Assembly: GCA_900543055.1 (NCBI GenBank)
Contig: UQQI01000001.1
Location: forward strand, 14,350-78,349
Reading direction: 5' to 3'
Length of the DNA stretch: 64,000 nucleotides
Origin: an uncultured Mollicutes bacterium
Lineage (GTDB): Bacteria; Bacillota_I; Bacilli_A; RF39; UBA660
Part shown: positions 1-7,509 of the stretch, in pieces
How the letters are laid out: the number at the start of each line of letters is the position of its first letter
How positions within the stretch are numbered: position 1 is the first letter of the stretch
Notes under the pieces: model-generated
Database searches by the model: none
Told to the model about the DNA's origin: nothing
Seen by the model: the letters and a program-made list of their open reading frames with translations, nothing else
Position numbers and translations under genes: made by a program

Positions 1-1
1 C

Positions 2-205
2 CATTTAAATGATTCAATAAAACTTTGGTTAAATGATATGGCAGATTGGAAAGAATTCCCAGAACAATTCCCAGAAATTGCAAGAGAGGGAGTAGAAGAA
101 TCTTTAAAAAACAGACCAAAAGAAATTGGAAATACAGATGAGTCCCTTGCAGAATATAGAGATAAAATGCTAATTGAAATATTAAAATTACATAATAAAC
201 TATAG
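2..205 (+). CDS. Partial CDS: C-terminal fragment of an unknown protein, with the frame open to the window edge
   Basis: Frame is open from position 2 to TAG at 203-205. The sequence is protein-like (…MADWKEFPEQFPEIAREGVEESLKNRPKEIGNTDESLAEYRDKMLIEILKLHNKL). I recognise no motif. Confidence 0.3.
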   Translation, partial: HLNDSIKLWLNDMADWKEFPEQFPEIAREGVEESLKNRPKEIGNTDESLAEYRDKMLIEILKLHNKL

Positions 206-214
206 GGAGGTAAT

Positions 215-1228
215 ATGAAATATCCAAAATTCATAAAGGAAAACGATACAATAGGAATAATTGCGCCATCTGCAGGAGCATATGATATAAAAAAGAAAAA
301 TAAGTTTATAAATGCTAAAAAGAATATAGAAGAAAAAGGTTTTAAAGTAAGTTTGTCAAAATATTTATATACCTGTGAAAAAGGAAGAAGCACAAATAAA
401 TTTAATAGAGCAGAAGAAATAAATGAAGTAGCAGAAAATGAAAACATAGACTTAATTTTAGCAGCAACAGGAGGAGACTTTTGTTTAGAAATATTACCAT
501 ATGTAGATTTTGAAAAATTAAGCAAGTGTAATAAGTATGTAGCAGGCTTTTCTGATCCAACGTGTATTTTATTTCCATTAACTACAAAGTATGATGTCGC
601 AACTATATATGGGCAAAACTTTAGTCCTTTTGGAATGGAAAAACTTCATAAGGCGCAAGAAGACTTTATAAATATTATAACAGGTAAAAAACTTGAAGAA
701 GAAAACTATGATTTATATGAAGATGGATATCAAGAGACAACTACAGGATTAGAATTCTATAATTTAACTAAAAAGGTTGAATGGGAAACATTAAATAATA
801 AAGATGTTAATGTAGAAGGTAGAATAATAGGAGGATGTCTTGATATAATTTCTGAACTTTCTGGAACAAAATATGACGGGACAAAAAAATTTATAGAAAA
901 ATATAAAGATGATGGAATTATTTGGTACTTTGATAATTGTGAATTAAATCTAGACGCAACTATCAGAGTGCTTTGGAAACTAAATGAACTTGGATATTTT
1001 AAATATACAAAAGCTATTATATTTGGTAGATTTGGATGTGAAGAAAGTTATTATGGCTATAATAATAAGACTTGTTTAGAAGATAGCATCTTAAATGAAT
1101 TAGATATTCCAATAATATATAATGCTGATATTACACATAAGTCACCATGTCTAACTATTATTAATGGTAGTATCGCAACTGTTTCTGTAAAAAATAATCA
1201 AGGAAAAATAAAATTTAAATTAAAATAA
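215..1228 (+). CDS. LD-carboxypeptidase (peptidase S66, LdcA/MccF-like)
   Basis: RBS GGGAGG lies upstream of ATG 215. N-terminal GIIAPSAG and GFSDPT motifs, and the length (337 aa), are typical of the S66 family. Confidence 0.75.
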   Translation: MKYPKFIKENDTIGIIAPSAGAYDIKKKNKFINAKKNIEEKGFKVSLSKYLYTCEKGRSTNKFNRAEEINEVAENENIDLILAATGGDFCLEILPYVDFEKLSKCNKYVAGFSDPTCILFPLTTKYDVATIYGQNFSPFGMEKLHKAQEDFINIITGKKLEEENYDLYEDGYQETTTGLEFYNLTKKVEWETLNNKDVNVEGRIIGGCLDIISELSGTKYDGTKKFIEKYKDDGIIWYFDNCELNLDATIRVLWKLNELGYFKYTKAIIFGRFGCEESYYGYNNKTCLEDSILNELDIPIIYNADITHKSPCLTIINGSIATVSVKNNQGKIKFKLK

Positions 1229-1728
1229 AAATACTAGTAAGTGTAAAACTTATCTAGTATTTTTGAATTATTTTCTTCTTGTAAAAATATTTAAGTATTT
1301 TCTTTCTTTTGAATTGCACCTAAAGCCTCAAGCACAGTCATTAAAGATATGTATCCAGCAGATAATTTGTGAGATAAATCATTTATAAAATTGTACCTCT
1401 CTTGAGTTTTAGTAAATCCATTAATGTATTCAGATATTTTATTTAGATTGTTATTTGAAGATAAAATAGATGATACAACTTTATATAAGTCACTATCCGT
1501 GTCTTTTGCATTACCAAAGAATCTATAAAAATCAAGTGATTTTCCATCTCCTTATTATTCATCTTTTTCTTCTTTATTGTTTTCTTTTTTATTTATATCA
1601 AACATCTCCTAAAAATAAGTATATCTATAAAAAAAGGAATATTGCAATGATATTACAAATAAAAAAAATTACAAAAAAATACATAGCAAAAATTAATAAC
1701 ATGGTATACTTAATTATAGGAGGTACAT

Positions 1729-2559
1729 ATGTATAAAATATTAAGAAATGAGAAAATAAGTGAAAGTAGTTATTTATTAACTATAAAATGCCCTATAGTT
1801 ATAAAAAATGCCATGCCGGGACAATTTATTATAGTTATGTCTAAAGAGGATAGTGAAAGAATACCATTAACAATTTATGATTATAATTTAGAGAATGGTA
1901 CCTTAGATTTAATATATCAAGTTGTAGGAGCATCAACTAAAGAACTATCAGAAAATAAAGACGCAGTATTTGCAATTACAGGACCATTAGGTAAACCTAA
2001 TGAGATATGTAAAAACTATGAAGAATACAAAGGAAAAAGAATTGTATATGTAGCAGGAGGAGTAGGAATAGCACCAGTATATCCACAAGTAAAATATTTA
2101 AAAGAAAAAGGTTTCATTATTGATGTTATATATGGAGCAAGAAGCAAAGATTTATTACTTATAAAAGATAAAATAGAACATGTTGCAAGTAAAGTTTATT
2201 ATGTAACAGACGATGGAACATATGGGGAAAAGGGATTTGTTACAGATGTTTTAAAACAACATATTAATGAATATGATATCTGTGTTGCAATTGGACCGGT
2301 AATAATGATGAAAAATGTTGCAGAATTAACTAAAGAATATAATTTAAAAACAATAGTTAGTATGAATCCAATAATGGTAGATGGAACAGGTATGTGTGGA
2401 GCGTGCCGCTGTGAAGTAGAAGGAAAGCCAAAATTTGCTTGTATTGATGGACCAGAATTTGATGGACATAAGATAAACTTTGATATTGCATTAAAAAGAA
2501 TGAATATTTATAAAAAAGAAGAGGAAGAACTAATTGTTAAGGAGGAGCAATGTGATTAA
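1729..2559 (+). CDS. nfnA: PyrK/sulfide dehydrogenase-like FAD/NAD-binding subunit with a C-terminal 2Fe-2S cysteine cluster (NfnA-like)
   Basis: RBS GGAGG. Ferredoxin-NADP reductase fold motifs and a C-terminal CGACRC…C cluster. Overlaps the downstream GltD-like gene, as in nfnAB operons. Confidence 0.7.
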   Translation: MYKILRNEKISESSYLLTIKCPIVIKNAMPGQFIIVMSKEDSERIPLTIYDYNLENGTLDLIYQVVGASTKELSENKDAVFAITGPLGKPNEICKNYEEYKGKRIVYVAGGVGIAPVYPQVKYLKEKGFIIDVIYGARSKDLLLIKDKIEHVASKVYYVTDDGTYGEKGFVTDVLKQHINEYDICVAIGPVIMMKNVAELTKEYNLKTIVSMNPIMVDGTGMCGACRCEVEGKPKFACIDGPEFDGHKINFDIALKRMNIYKKEEEELIVKEEQCD

Positions 2560-3919
2560 TTTAGAAAAAGTGCCAATGAGAACACAAAGTCCCGAAATAA
2601 GAAATAAAAACTTTGAAGAGGTAGAACTTGGATATAACGACGAAGAAGCAGTAGAAGAGGCAAATAGATGTTTAAATTGCAAAATACCAAGATGTGTACA
2701 AGGCTGTCCAATAAATATTAAGATACCAGAGTTTATAAGTGCTATCAAAGAAAAAGACATAGGAAAAGCCTATAAAATCATAAGTGAATCTTCATCATTA
2801 TCAGCAATTTGTGGAAGAGTATGTCCTCAAGAAAAACAATGTGAAGGAAAATGTGTTAGAGGAATAAAAGGAGACGCTATAGCAATAGGAGCATTAGAAA
2901 GATATGTATCTGATAAGGCTTTGATAAATGATATGCAATGTGAATCTATAAAGGAAAAAAATAATAAAAAAGTTGCAATCATAGGAAGTGGACCGGCTGG
3001 TTTAGCATGTGCATCTGAATTAATAAGGAATGGCTTTAGTGTTGTTATATATGAATCACTTCACAAAGCTGGTGGAGTATTAACTTATGGTATTCCAGAA
3101 TTTAGATTACCTAAAGAAATAGTAAATAAACAAATTGATAACTTAAAAAAACAAGGTGTAAAAATAAAATTAAATATACCGGTTGGAAATGCAATTACTA
3201 TAAATGAATTGAAAGAAGAATATGATGCAATATTTATTGGAACTGGAGCAGGTATTCCTAAATTTATGGGAATAGAAGGAGAAGATGCAAATGAAGTGTT
3301 TTCTGCAAATGAGATATTAACTAGAATAAATCTTATGAAAAGTTATAAAGATAGTTCAAAAACTCCGATAAAAAAGTCAGGTATTGCCTATGTAATAGGT
3401 GGAGGCAATGTTGCAATGGATGCAGCAAGGTCATTAAAAAGACTTGGAATTGAGACACACTTAATGTATAGAAGAAGTGATGAAGAGTTACCTGCTAGAA
3501 AAACTGAAGTTAAACATGCTAAAGAAGAAGGAATTATTTTTGATATTTTAAAAAATCCGAAAAGAATTATTAAAGATGAAAATAATAGTGTTATAGGAAT
3601 TGAATATGTTGATATGGAACTGGGAGAGGCAGGAGAAGACGGAAGAAGAAAAGTAACAGAAATAGAAGGGTCAAATAAAACAATAAGATGTAACATGGTA
3701 ATTATGGCATTAGGTACATTACAAAATCATGAAGCATTGAAGAAATCTAATATAAAATTGAGTGATAAAGGATTAATTGTAGTTAATAATTTTGAAACAT
3801 CCGAAAGCGATATATATGCTGGAGGAGATGCTGTAACTGGAGCGGCAACAGTAATACTTGCTATGGAAGCAGGAAAAAAAGCAGCAGAACAAATAATGGA
3901 TAAGTGTAAAGAAATATAA
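2552..3919 (+). CDS. nfnB: Glutamate synthase small-subunit-like NADPH oxidoreductase (NfnB/GltD family)
   Basis: Two 4Fe-4S Cys motifs (CxxCxxxC…CP). Rossmann motif GSGPAGLACA and a second GGGNVAMD motif. RBS AAGGAGGAG precedes GTG 2552; the ORF track gives TTG 2534 as an alternative start. Confidence 0.75.
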   Translation: MINLEKVPMRTQSPEIRNKNFEEVELGYNDEEAVEEANRCLNCKIPRCVQGCPINIKIPEFISAIKEKDIGKAYKIISESSSLSAICGRVCPQEKQCEGKCVRGIKGDAIAIGALERYVSDKALINDMQCESIKEKNNKKVAIIGSGPAGLACASELIRNGFSVVIYESLHKAGGVLTYGIPEFRLPKEIVNKQIDNLKKQGVKIKLNIPVGNAITINELKEEYDAIFIGTGAGIPKFMGIEGEDANEVFSANEILTRINLMKSYKDSSKTPIKKSGIAYVIGGGNVAMDAARSLKRLGIETHLMYRRSDEELPARKTEVKHAKEEGIIFDILKNPKRIIKDENNSVIGIEYVDMELGEAGEDGRRKVTEIEGSNKTIRCNMVIMALGTLQNHEALKKSNIKLSDKGLIVVNNFETSESDIYAGGDAVTGAATVILAMEAGKKAAEQIMDKCKEI

Positions 3920-3935
3920 AATAAATAAAAAAACA

Positions 3936-3964
3936 TTTACAATAAAATTTTTAAATGCTATATT
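3936..3964 (+). promoter_or_regulatory. Sigma-A-type promoter, TTTACA-N17-TATATT, driving the WXG100-like operon
   Basis: -35 TTTACA at 3936-3941, 17-nt spacer, -10 TATATT at 3959-3964. Lies about 75 nt upstream of ATG 4041. Confidence 0.5.
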
Positions 3965-4040
3965 CAAATTGTAACAGGGTAAGGTTTTCTTGCGAGTGTT
4001 ATATATAATTTTAGTTTTATCGAAAGGTGGTGTTCATTTA

Positions 4041-4331
4041 ATGAACGGAGTAAGTCAAGATAGTGAAGCACTAAGACAAGATGCTAACTATATTAATGAA
4101 ATGGCAGAAACATTTAAAAGTCAATATGAACAATTATTTCAAGAAATGGAAGCAAATTTGAGTGCAGATGCAAATGAAAGTATTGCATGGTGGGGACCTC
4201 AAGCAGGGTTATTTTTAAATAACTTTAATAAGAAAAAAGAGGATTTTAATAATGCATATAAAAATGTAACAAGTATGGCAACAAATCTAGAAGAACAAGC
4301 ACAAGCTTGGGATACTTTTGAAAACGCTTAG
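4041..4331 (+). CDS. WXG100 (ESAT-6-like) family small helical protein, 96 aa
   Basis: RBS AAAGGTGG precedes ATG 4041 (the ORF track start at 3990 is less likely). About 100 aa, predicted helix-turn-helix with a central SIAWWGPQAG motif matching the WXG hairpin motif of T7SS substrates such as S. aureus EsxA (ANWEGQA). Confidence 0.6.
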   Translation: MNGVSQDSEALRQDANYINEMAETFKSQYEQLFQEMEANLSADANESIAWWGPQAGLFLNNFNKKKEDFNNAYKNVTSMATNLEEQAQAWDTFENA

Positions 4332-4348
4332 TATATAGGAGGAAAAAA

Positions 4349-4660
4349 ATGGCAACTAAATCAGGAATGAATTATGATAAGGTAGAAAAACTTATCGAAT
4401 ATTTAGATTCACAAAAGACATCTATTATCAATAATTTAACAGACTTAAGTAATGAAGCTCCATCTAAAATTGCAGCTCATTATTCTGGACAAGCAGCGGA
4501 AACATATAAGAATACATTAACTAATGTTATTACTAAAATAACTGAAACATTAGATACAATGATTGCTGAACTTAAAACAAATACACAACAAAAACAAGAC
4601 GATTATGCTGCACAAGATGCTAAGTTGCAAGACTCAGCAGATGTTGGTATTTCTGCTTAA
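4349..4660 (+). CDS. Second WXG100-like small helical protein (YxG variant), 103 aa
   Basis: RBS GGAGGA precedes ATG 4349, tightly coupled to the upstream gene. Central HYSGQAAE motif sits where a WXG motif would. All-helical, low-complexity composition typical of EsxB/Lap-like partners. Confidence 0.5.
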   Translation: MATKSGMNYDKVEKLIEYLDSQKTSIINNLTDLSNEAPSKIAAHYSGQAAETYKNTLTNVITKITETLDTMIAELKTNTQQKQDDYAAQDAKLQDSADVGISA

Positions 4661-4670
4661 TAGGAAATTA

Positions 4671-4736
4671 TAAGAAATTCATAGTAATTTCTTATTAGTG
4701 TGGGTTAATTATACTTAGCCCTTACTAATAAGAAAT
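4671..4736 (+). promoter_or_regulatory. Intergenic stem-loop with a duplicated left arm, giving alternative pairings, between the second WXG-like gene and the 276-aa gene
   Basis: Perfect 9-bp stem TAAGAAATT (4671-4679) / AATTTCTTA (4686-4694) with a 6-nt loop. A second copy of TAAGAAATT at 4728-4736 could compete for the same right arm. A longer alternative pairing is CTTATTAGTG (4691-4700) / TACTAATAAG. Confidence 0.4.
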
Positions 4737-4751
4737 TAAAGAGGTGATAAT

Positions 4752-5582
4752 ATGAATGTAGCAGAAGATCAAATGCTAGATATAGATGATGTTATTAATG
4801 AGACATGTCCACTAACAGAATATACTTTATACGCAACAGAAATTAGTAAATCAAACATAGGAACTATAAATTCATTAAAAGACATATTTAACGGAGAAGG
4901 AACTTTACCTAGTCAAACAACATCAATATTAGATGAGATAGATCCAACATTAAGTAAAACTAACTCTCAAAGATTCTATAGTGGTCAAACTGCACAAACT
5001 CAAATAACTAATGTTTCAGAAACTTCAGAACATTTACAAAATTTAAAATCATCCGTAGATAGTATTAATGTTGATGCAATATCAGCTACAATTGATTCAT
5101 ATAATGAGCATTTATCTAACTTAAAAAGAGATAGTAGAAAAAAATTGCTAGAAACTGCAGCAGACGCTTTTAATGAAAAAAAAGTTGAATGGGAAGGCTT
5201 TCCAAAAACAAAAACATATAAAACGGATGGGGATATATCCTATGTTGGACCAATATATGATGATGAGTTTAATAATTGTAATGAAACAGATACTGAAATT
5301 TATGAATATGATGTTGTTGAGAGTAGTTCTACTCCTGAAGACATTAAGGATAATAATGGTATGGTTATGTCAACAATTTATCATAATTCAATAACTTATA
5401 AAATTCACAAGTATAAACGAATCAAATACTGGAATTACTTTAAAATAATTAATTCACCAAAGGATCCAACTTTTGAACAAATTGAACAATTATTTAATAA
5501 AGTTGGTGAACCTTTACCATATGATCCTAGTAAAATTAATGGAGATGTAGGAAAAGCTAATGAATGGGGAATTAATTGGTAG
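4752..5582 (+). CDS. 276-aa hypothetical protein whose N-terminal helical region carries a WXG-like YSGQTAQ motif and an LXG-like L-x-D-x-F-x-G-x-G stretch; putative T7SS substrate or effector
   Basis: RBS AAGAGGTGA precedes ATG 4752. LKDIFNGEGT (residues about 42-51) resembles the LXG-domain motif of B. subtilis YeeF (LSDSEFSGKGA). RFYSGQTAQTQ repeats the YSGQ motif of the preceding gene. No signal peptide. Confidence 0.45.
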   Translation: MNVAEDQMLDIDDVINETCPLTEYTLYATEISKSNIGTINSLKDIFNGEGTLPSQTTSILDEIDPTLSKTNSQRFYSGQTAQTQITNVSETSEHLQNLKSSVDSINVDAISATIDSYNEHLSNLKRDSRKKLLETAADAFNEKKVEWEGFPKTKTYKTDGDISYVGPIYDDEFNNCNETDTEIYEYDVVESSSTPEDIKDNNGMVMSTIYHNSITYKIHKYKRIKYWNYFKIINSPKDPTFEQIEQLFNKVGEPLPYDPSKINGDVGKANEWGINW

Positions 5583-5597
5583 GACAGGAGAGAAAGT

Positions 5598-7355
5598 ATG
5601 AGTAATAGAACATATAATGAAGATGAATTAAATAGATTAGTAGAAAATTCATCAAAAATATCTCAAAATTTAGAAGCAATTTCAAACGACACAACATCAT
5701 ATTACGATAAAATCGACTCTAGAATTCTTAGAAAATTTAGTGATACCTTTTCTCAAATAAATAATTATAATGGGAAAATACAAGATGATATAGATAACAT
5801 AGATACATATGGAAATTGGTTAAGTCAAACATTAGACGATTATACAGGAACACGTAATAATGTAGAAGGCATGACTCCGGACTTAAGTGACATCAGTGCA
5901 GATGTTGGAGATACATCATTAGGAGAAGGAGATGCATCATTAAAAGACTTATCTTCAATTTCATCTATTATAGAATCTACAGTTGGTGGATTAGGCTCTG
6001 CAGATAAAGCAGAACAATTTCCTCTTGATCCAGAGGCTTGGAAAAATTTATCTGGATCAGAAAAAGAAGTAATTGTAAAAAAATTAAAAGAACTAGGATT
6101 TACAGATGAAGAAATAAATAATATTAAAGACGGAAAAGTTTCAGTTGATAAAGTTAAGTTAGAAGAACTAGCAAGTCAACTTGAAAAATTATATAAATTA
6201 GATCCAAGCATAAGACAAAAATTAAAAGATTTGTATGGATTTGATATTTTTAATGATGATGGAACAGTAAACAAAGAAAAATTAGCAATCGCTATGCTTA
6301 TGGATGCTAAAAATCCAAACGACCAATATGATTTAAAAAAACTACTAACAAAATTAAATGCTAGTACATCAACAGGTAATAGTAGTAATAAGAGTACAAC
6401 TGGTAATGTAACAAAGGTAGTTGCAAATGATATAGGTGGTTCTAGTCAAACAACTAGTACAATAGCAGGAGCAGCTGCAGGACTTGGAGCAACAGTTGCT
6501 GCAGTTGGAGGAACTACTTCGAAAGCTACAGGATTAGCAGCTAGTGCAGAAGAAGAGGCACTTGCAGGAGATAAATCATCAGACTCATCAAATGCTTCTA
6601 GTAAAAATTCAAGTCTTTTGGACGGATTAAAATCAGAAATGAATCATGTAATAAACAGTATAAAACCATCAGGAAACATTTCTACAAAACAAGGAAATGC
6701 CGCTATTATTGCAGGAGCAGGTCTTGGAACAGTATCACTAGCAGGTGGAGGAATAATGGCTGGTAAGAAAATTATGATGTTAGTATTCAAACCAGAACAT
6801 TTTACAAATTTATCTGAAGTCATAAAAGATACACTTTTAAATACTTTTAAAGCATTAAAATTTACGGAAGAAGAATTAGATTTATTTATGACATCAAATT
6901 TGAAGATAAAAGCATCACTAATTGATGATATAATTACAGCAATTAAGAAAGCTAGTGAATTAGATCCTGAATTAAATTCAAAAATAAAGCAAGTTTATAA
7001 TTTTAGTGTGTTTACAGAAAGTAATAAAATTAGTAAATATTTAATATTAATGATAATGTTAATTGATGGAAAGAAAATTGGTGACCAATATAATATCTAT
7101 GATATATTAAATCCAATATTAGCAGAAACTGATTATGTAAATTACACATATCAAGGTGTATCTTTACAAGATATTGTAGTAAAGGAAAAAGAAGAAAAGA
7201 AAGAATCAGATAAACAACAAAAAGAAGAAGCAAAACAACCAGAAATAAATGCTAATAAAGAAGAAATTTTAGATGAAAACGAAGATAGTAAAACATCAAC
7301 TACAAGTACATCTTCAGTAGAATCATGGCTAAAAGAAATGGGAATTGACTCATAA
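5598..7355 (+). CDS. 585-aa hypothetical protein: helical N-domain, two homologous ~100-aa repeat domains flanking a Gly/Ala/Ser/Thr-rich glycine-zipper region, and a Lys/Glu-rich tail
   Basis: RBS GGAGAGAAAG precedes ATG 5598. Internal repeats at residues about 150-255 and 400-510 share LDP…K.K..Y.F..F…L.I.ML.D.K…DQY. Glycine-zipper (GxxxG) runs IAGAAAGLGATVAAVGG and AAIIAGAGLGTVSLAGGGIMAG lie between them. The C-terminal tail is KEKEEKKESDKQQKEEAK. Confidence 0.6.
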   Translation: MSNRTYNEDELNRLVENSSKISQNLEAISNDTTSYYDKIDSRILRKFSDTFSQINNYNGKIQDDIDNIDTYGNWLSQTLDDYTGTRNNVEGMTPDLSDISADVGDTSLGEGDASLKDLSSISSIIESTVGGLGSADKAEQFPLDPEAWKNLSGSEKEVIVKKLKELGFTDEEINNIKDGKVSVDKVKLEELASQLEKLYKLDPSIRQKLKDLYGFDIFNDDGTVNKEKLAIAMLMDAKNPNDQYDLKKLLTKLNASTSTGNSSNKSTTGNVTKVVANDIGGSSQTTSTIAGAAAGLGATVAAVGGTTSKATGLAASAEEEALAGDKSSDSSNASSKNSSLLDGLKSEMNHVINSIKPSGNISTKQGNAAIIAGAGLGTVSLAGGGIMAGKKIMMLVFKPEHFTNLSEVIKDTLLNTFKALKFTEEELDLFMTSNLKIKASLIDDIITAIKKASELDPELNSKIKQVYNFSVFTESNKISKYLILMIMLIDGKKIGDQYNIYDILNPILAETDYVNYTYQGVSLQDIVVKEKEEKKESDKQQKEEAKQPEINANKEEILDENEDSKTSTTSTSSVESWLKEMGIDS

Positions 7356-7368
7356 ATCAAAATTAAAG

Positions 7369-7396
7369 GAAATACAAAAAAGTATTTCTTTTTTTC
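7369..7396 (+). terminator. Rho-independent terminator closing the four-gene operon
   Basis: Stem GAAATAC/GTATTTC with an AAAAAA loop, followed by a run of seven T. Confidence 0.55.
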
Positions 7397-7509
7397 ACAG
7401 AATTTGTGGAAAAAAGAAAATTACTGTAATCAACAATATATGTGAAAAAACATATTTGCGACAAATAAAAAAAAGTAATATAATATACAGGGAAAAAGGA
7501 GCGATATAT

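Noticed and set aside
1470-1736. 88-aa plus-strand ORF in the ldcA-nfnA intergenic region
   Set aside because: Extremely AT-rich, low-complexity translation (LLIIHLFLLYCFLFYLY…) with no RBS. It overlaps a more protein-like minus-strand frame. Treated as spurious.
2530-3967. Minus-strand ORFs 2530-2760, 3388-3696, 3727-3936 and 3773-3967
   Set aside because: They lie entirely antisense within well-supported nfnA/nfnB coding sequence and translate to Leu/Ser/Phe-rich low-complexity sequence. These are antisense artefacts of AT-rich codon usage.
5173-5394. 73-aa plus-strand ORF inside the 276-aa gene
   Set aside because: Alternate frame of a gene with a good RBS and coherent sequence. No independent start signal.
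7030-7360. Minus-strand ORFs 7030-7233 and 7151-7360
   Set aside because: Antisense to the KE-rich C-terminal coding region of the 585-aa gene, so a compositional artefact.
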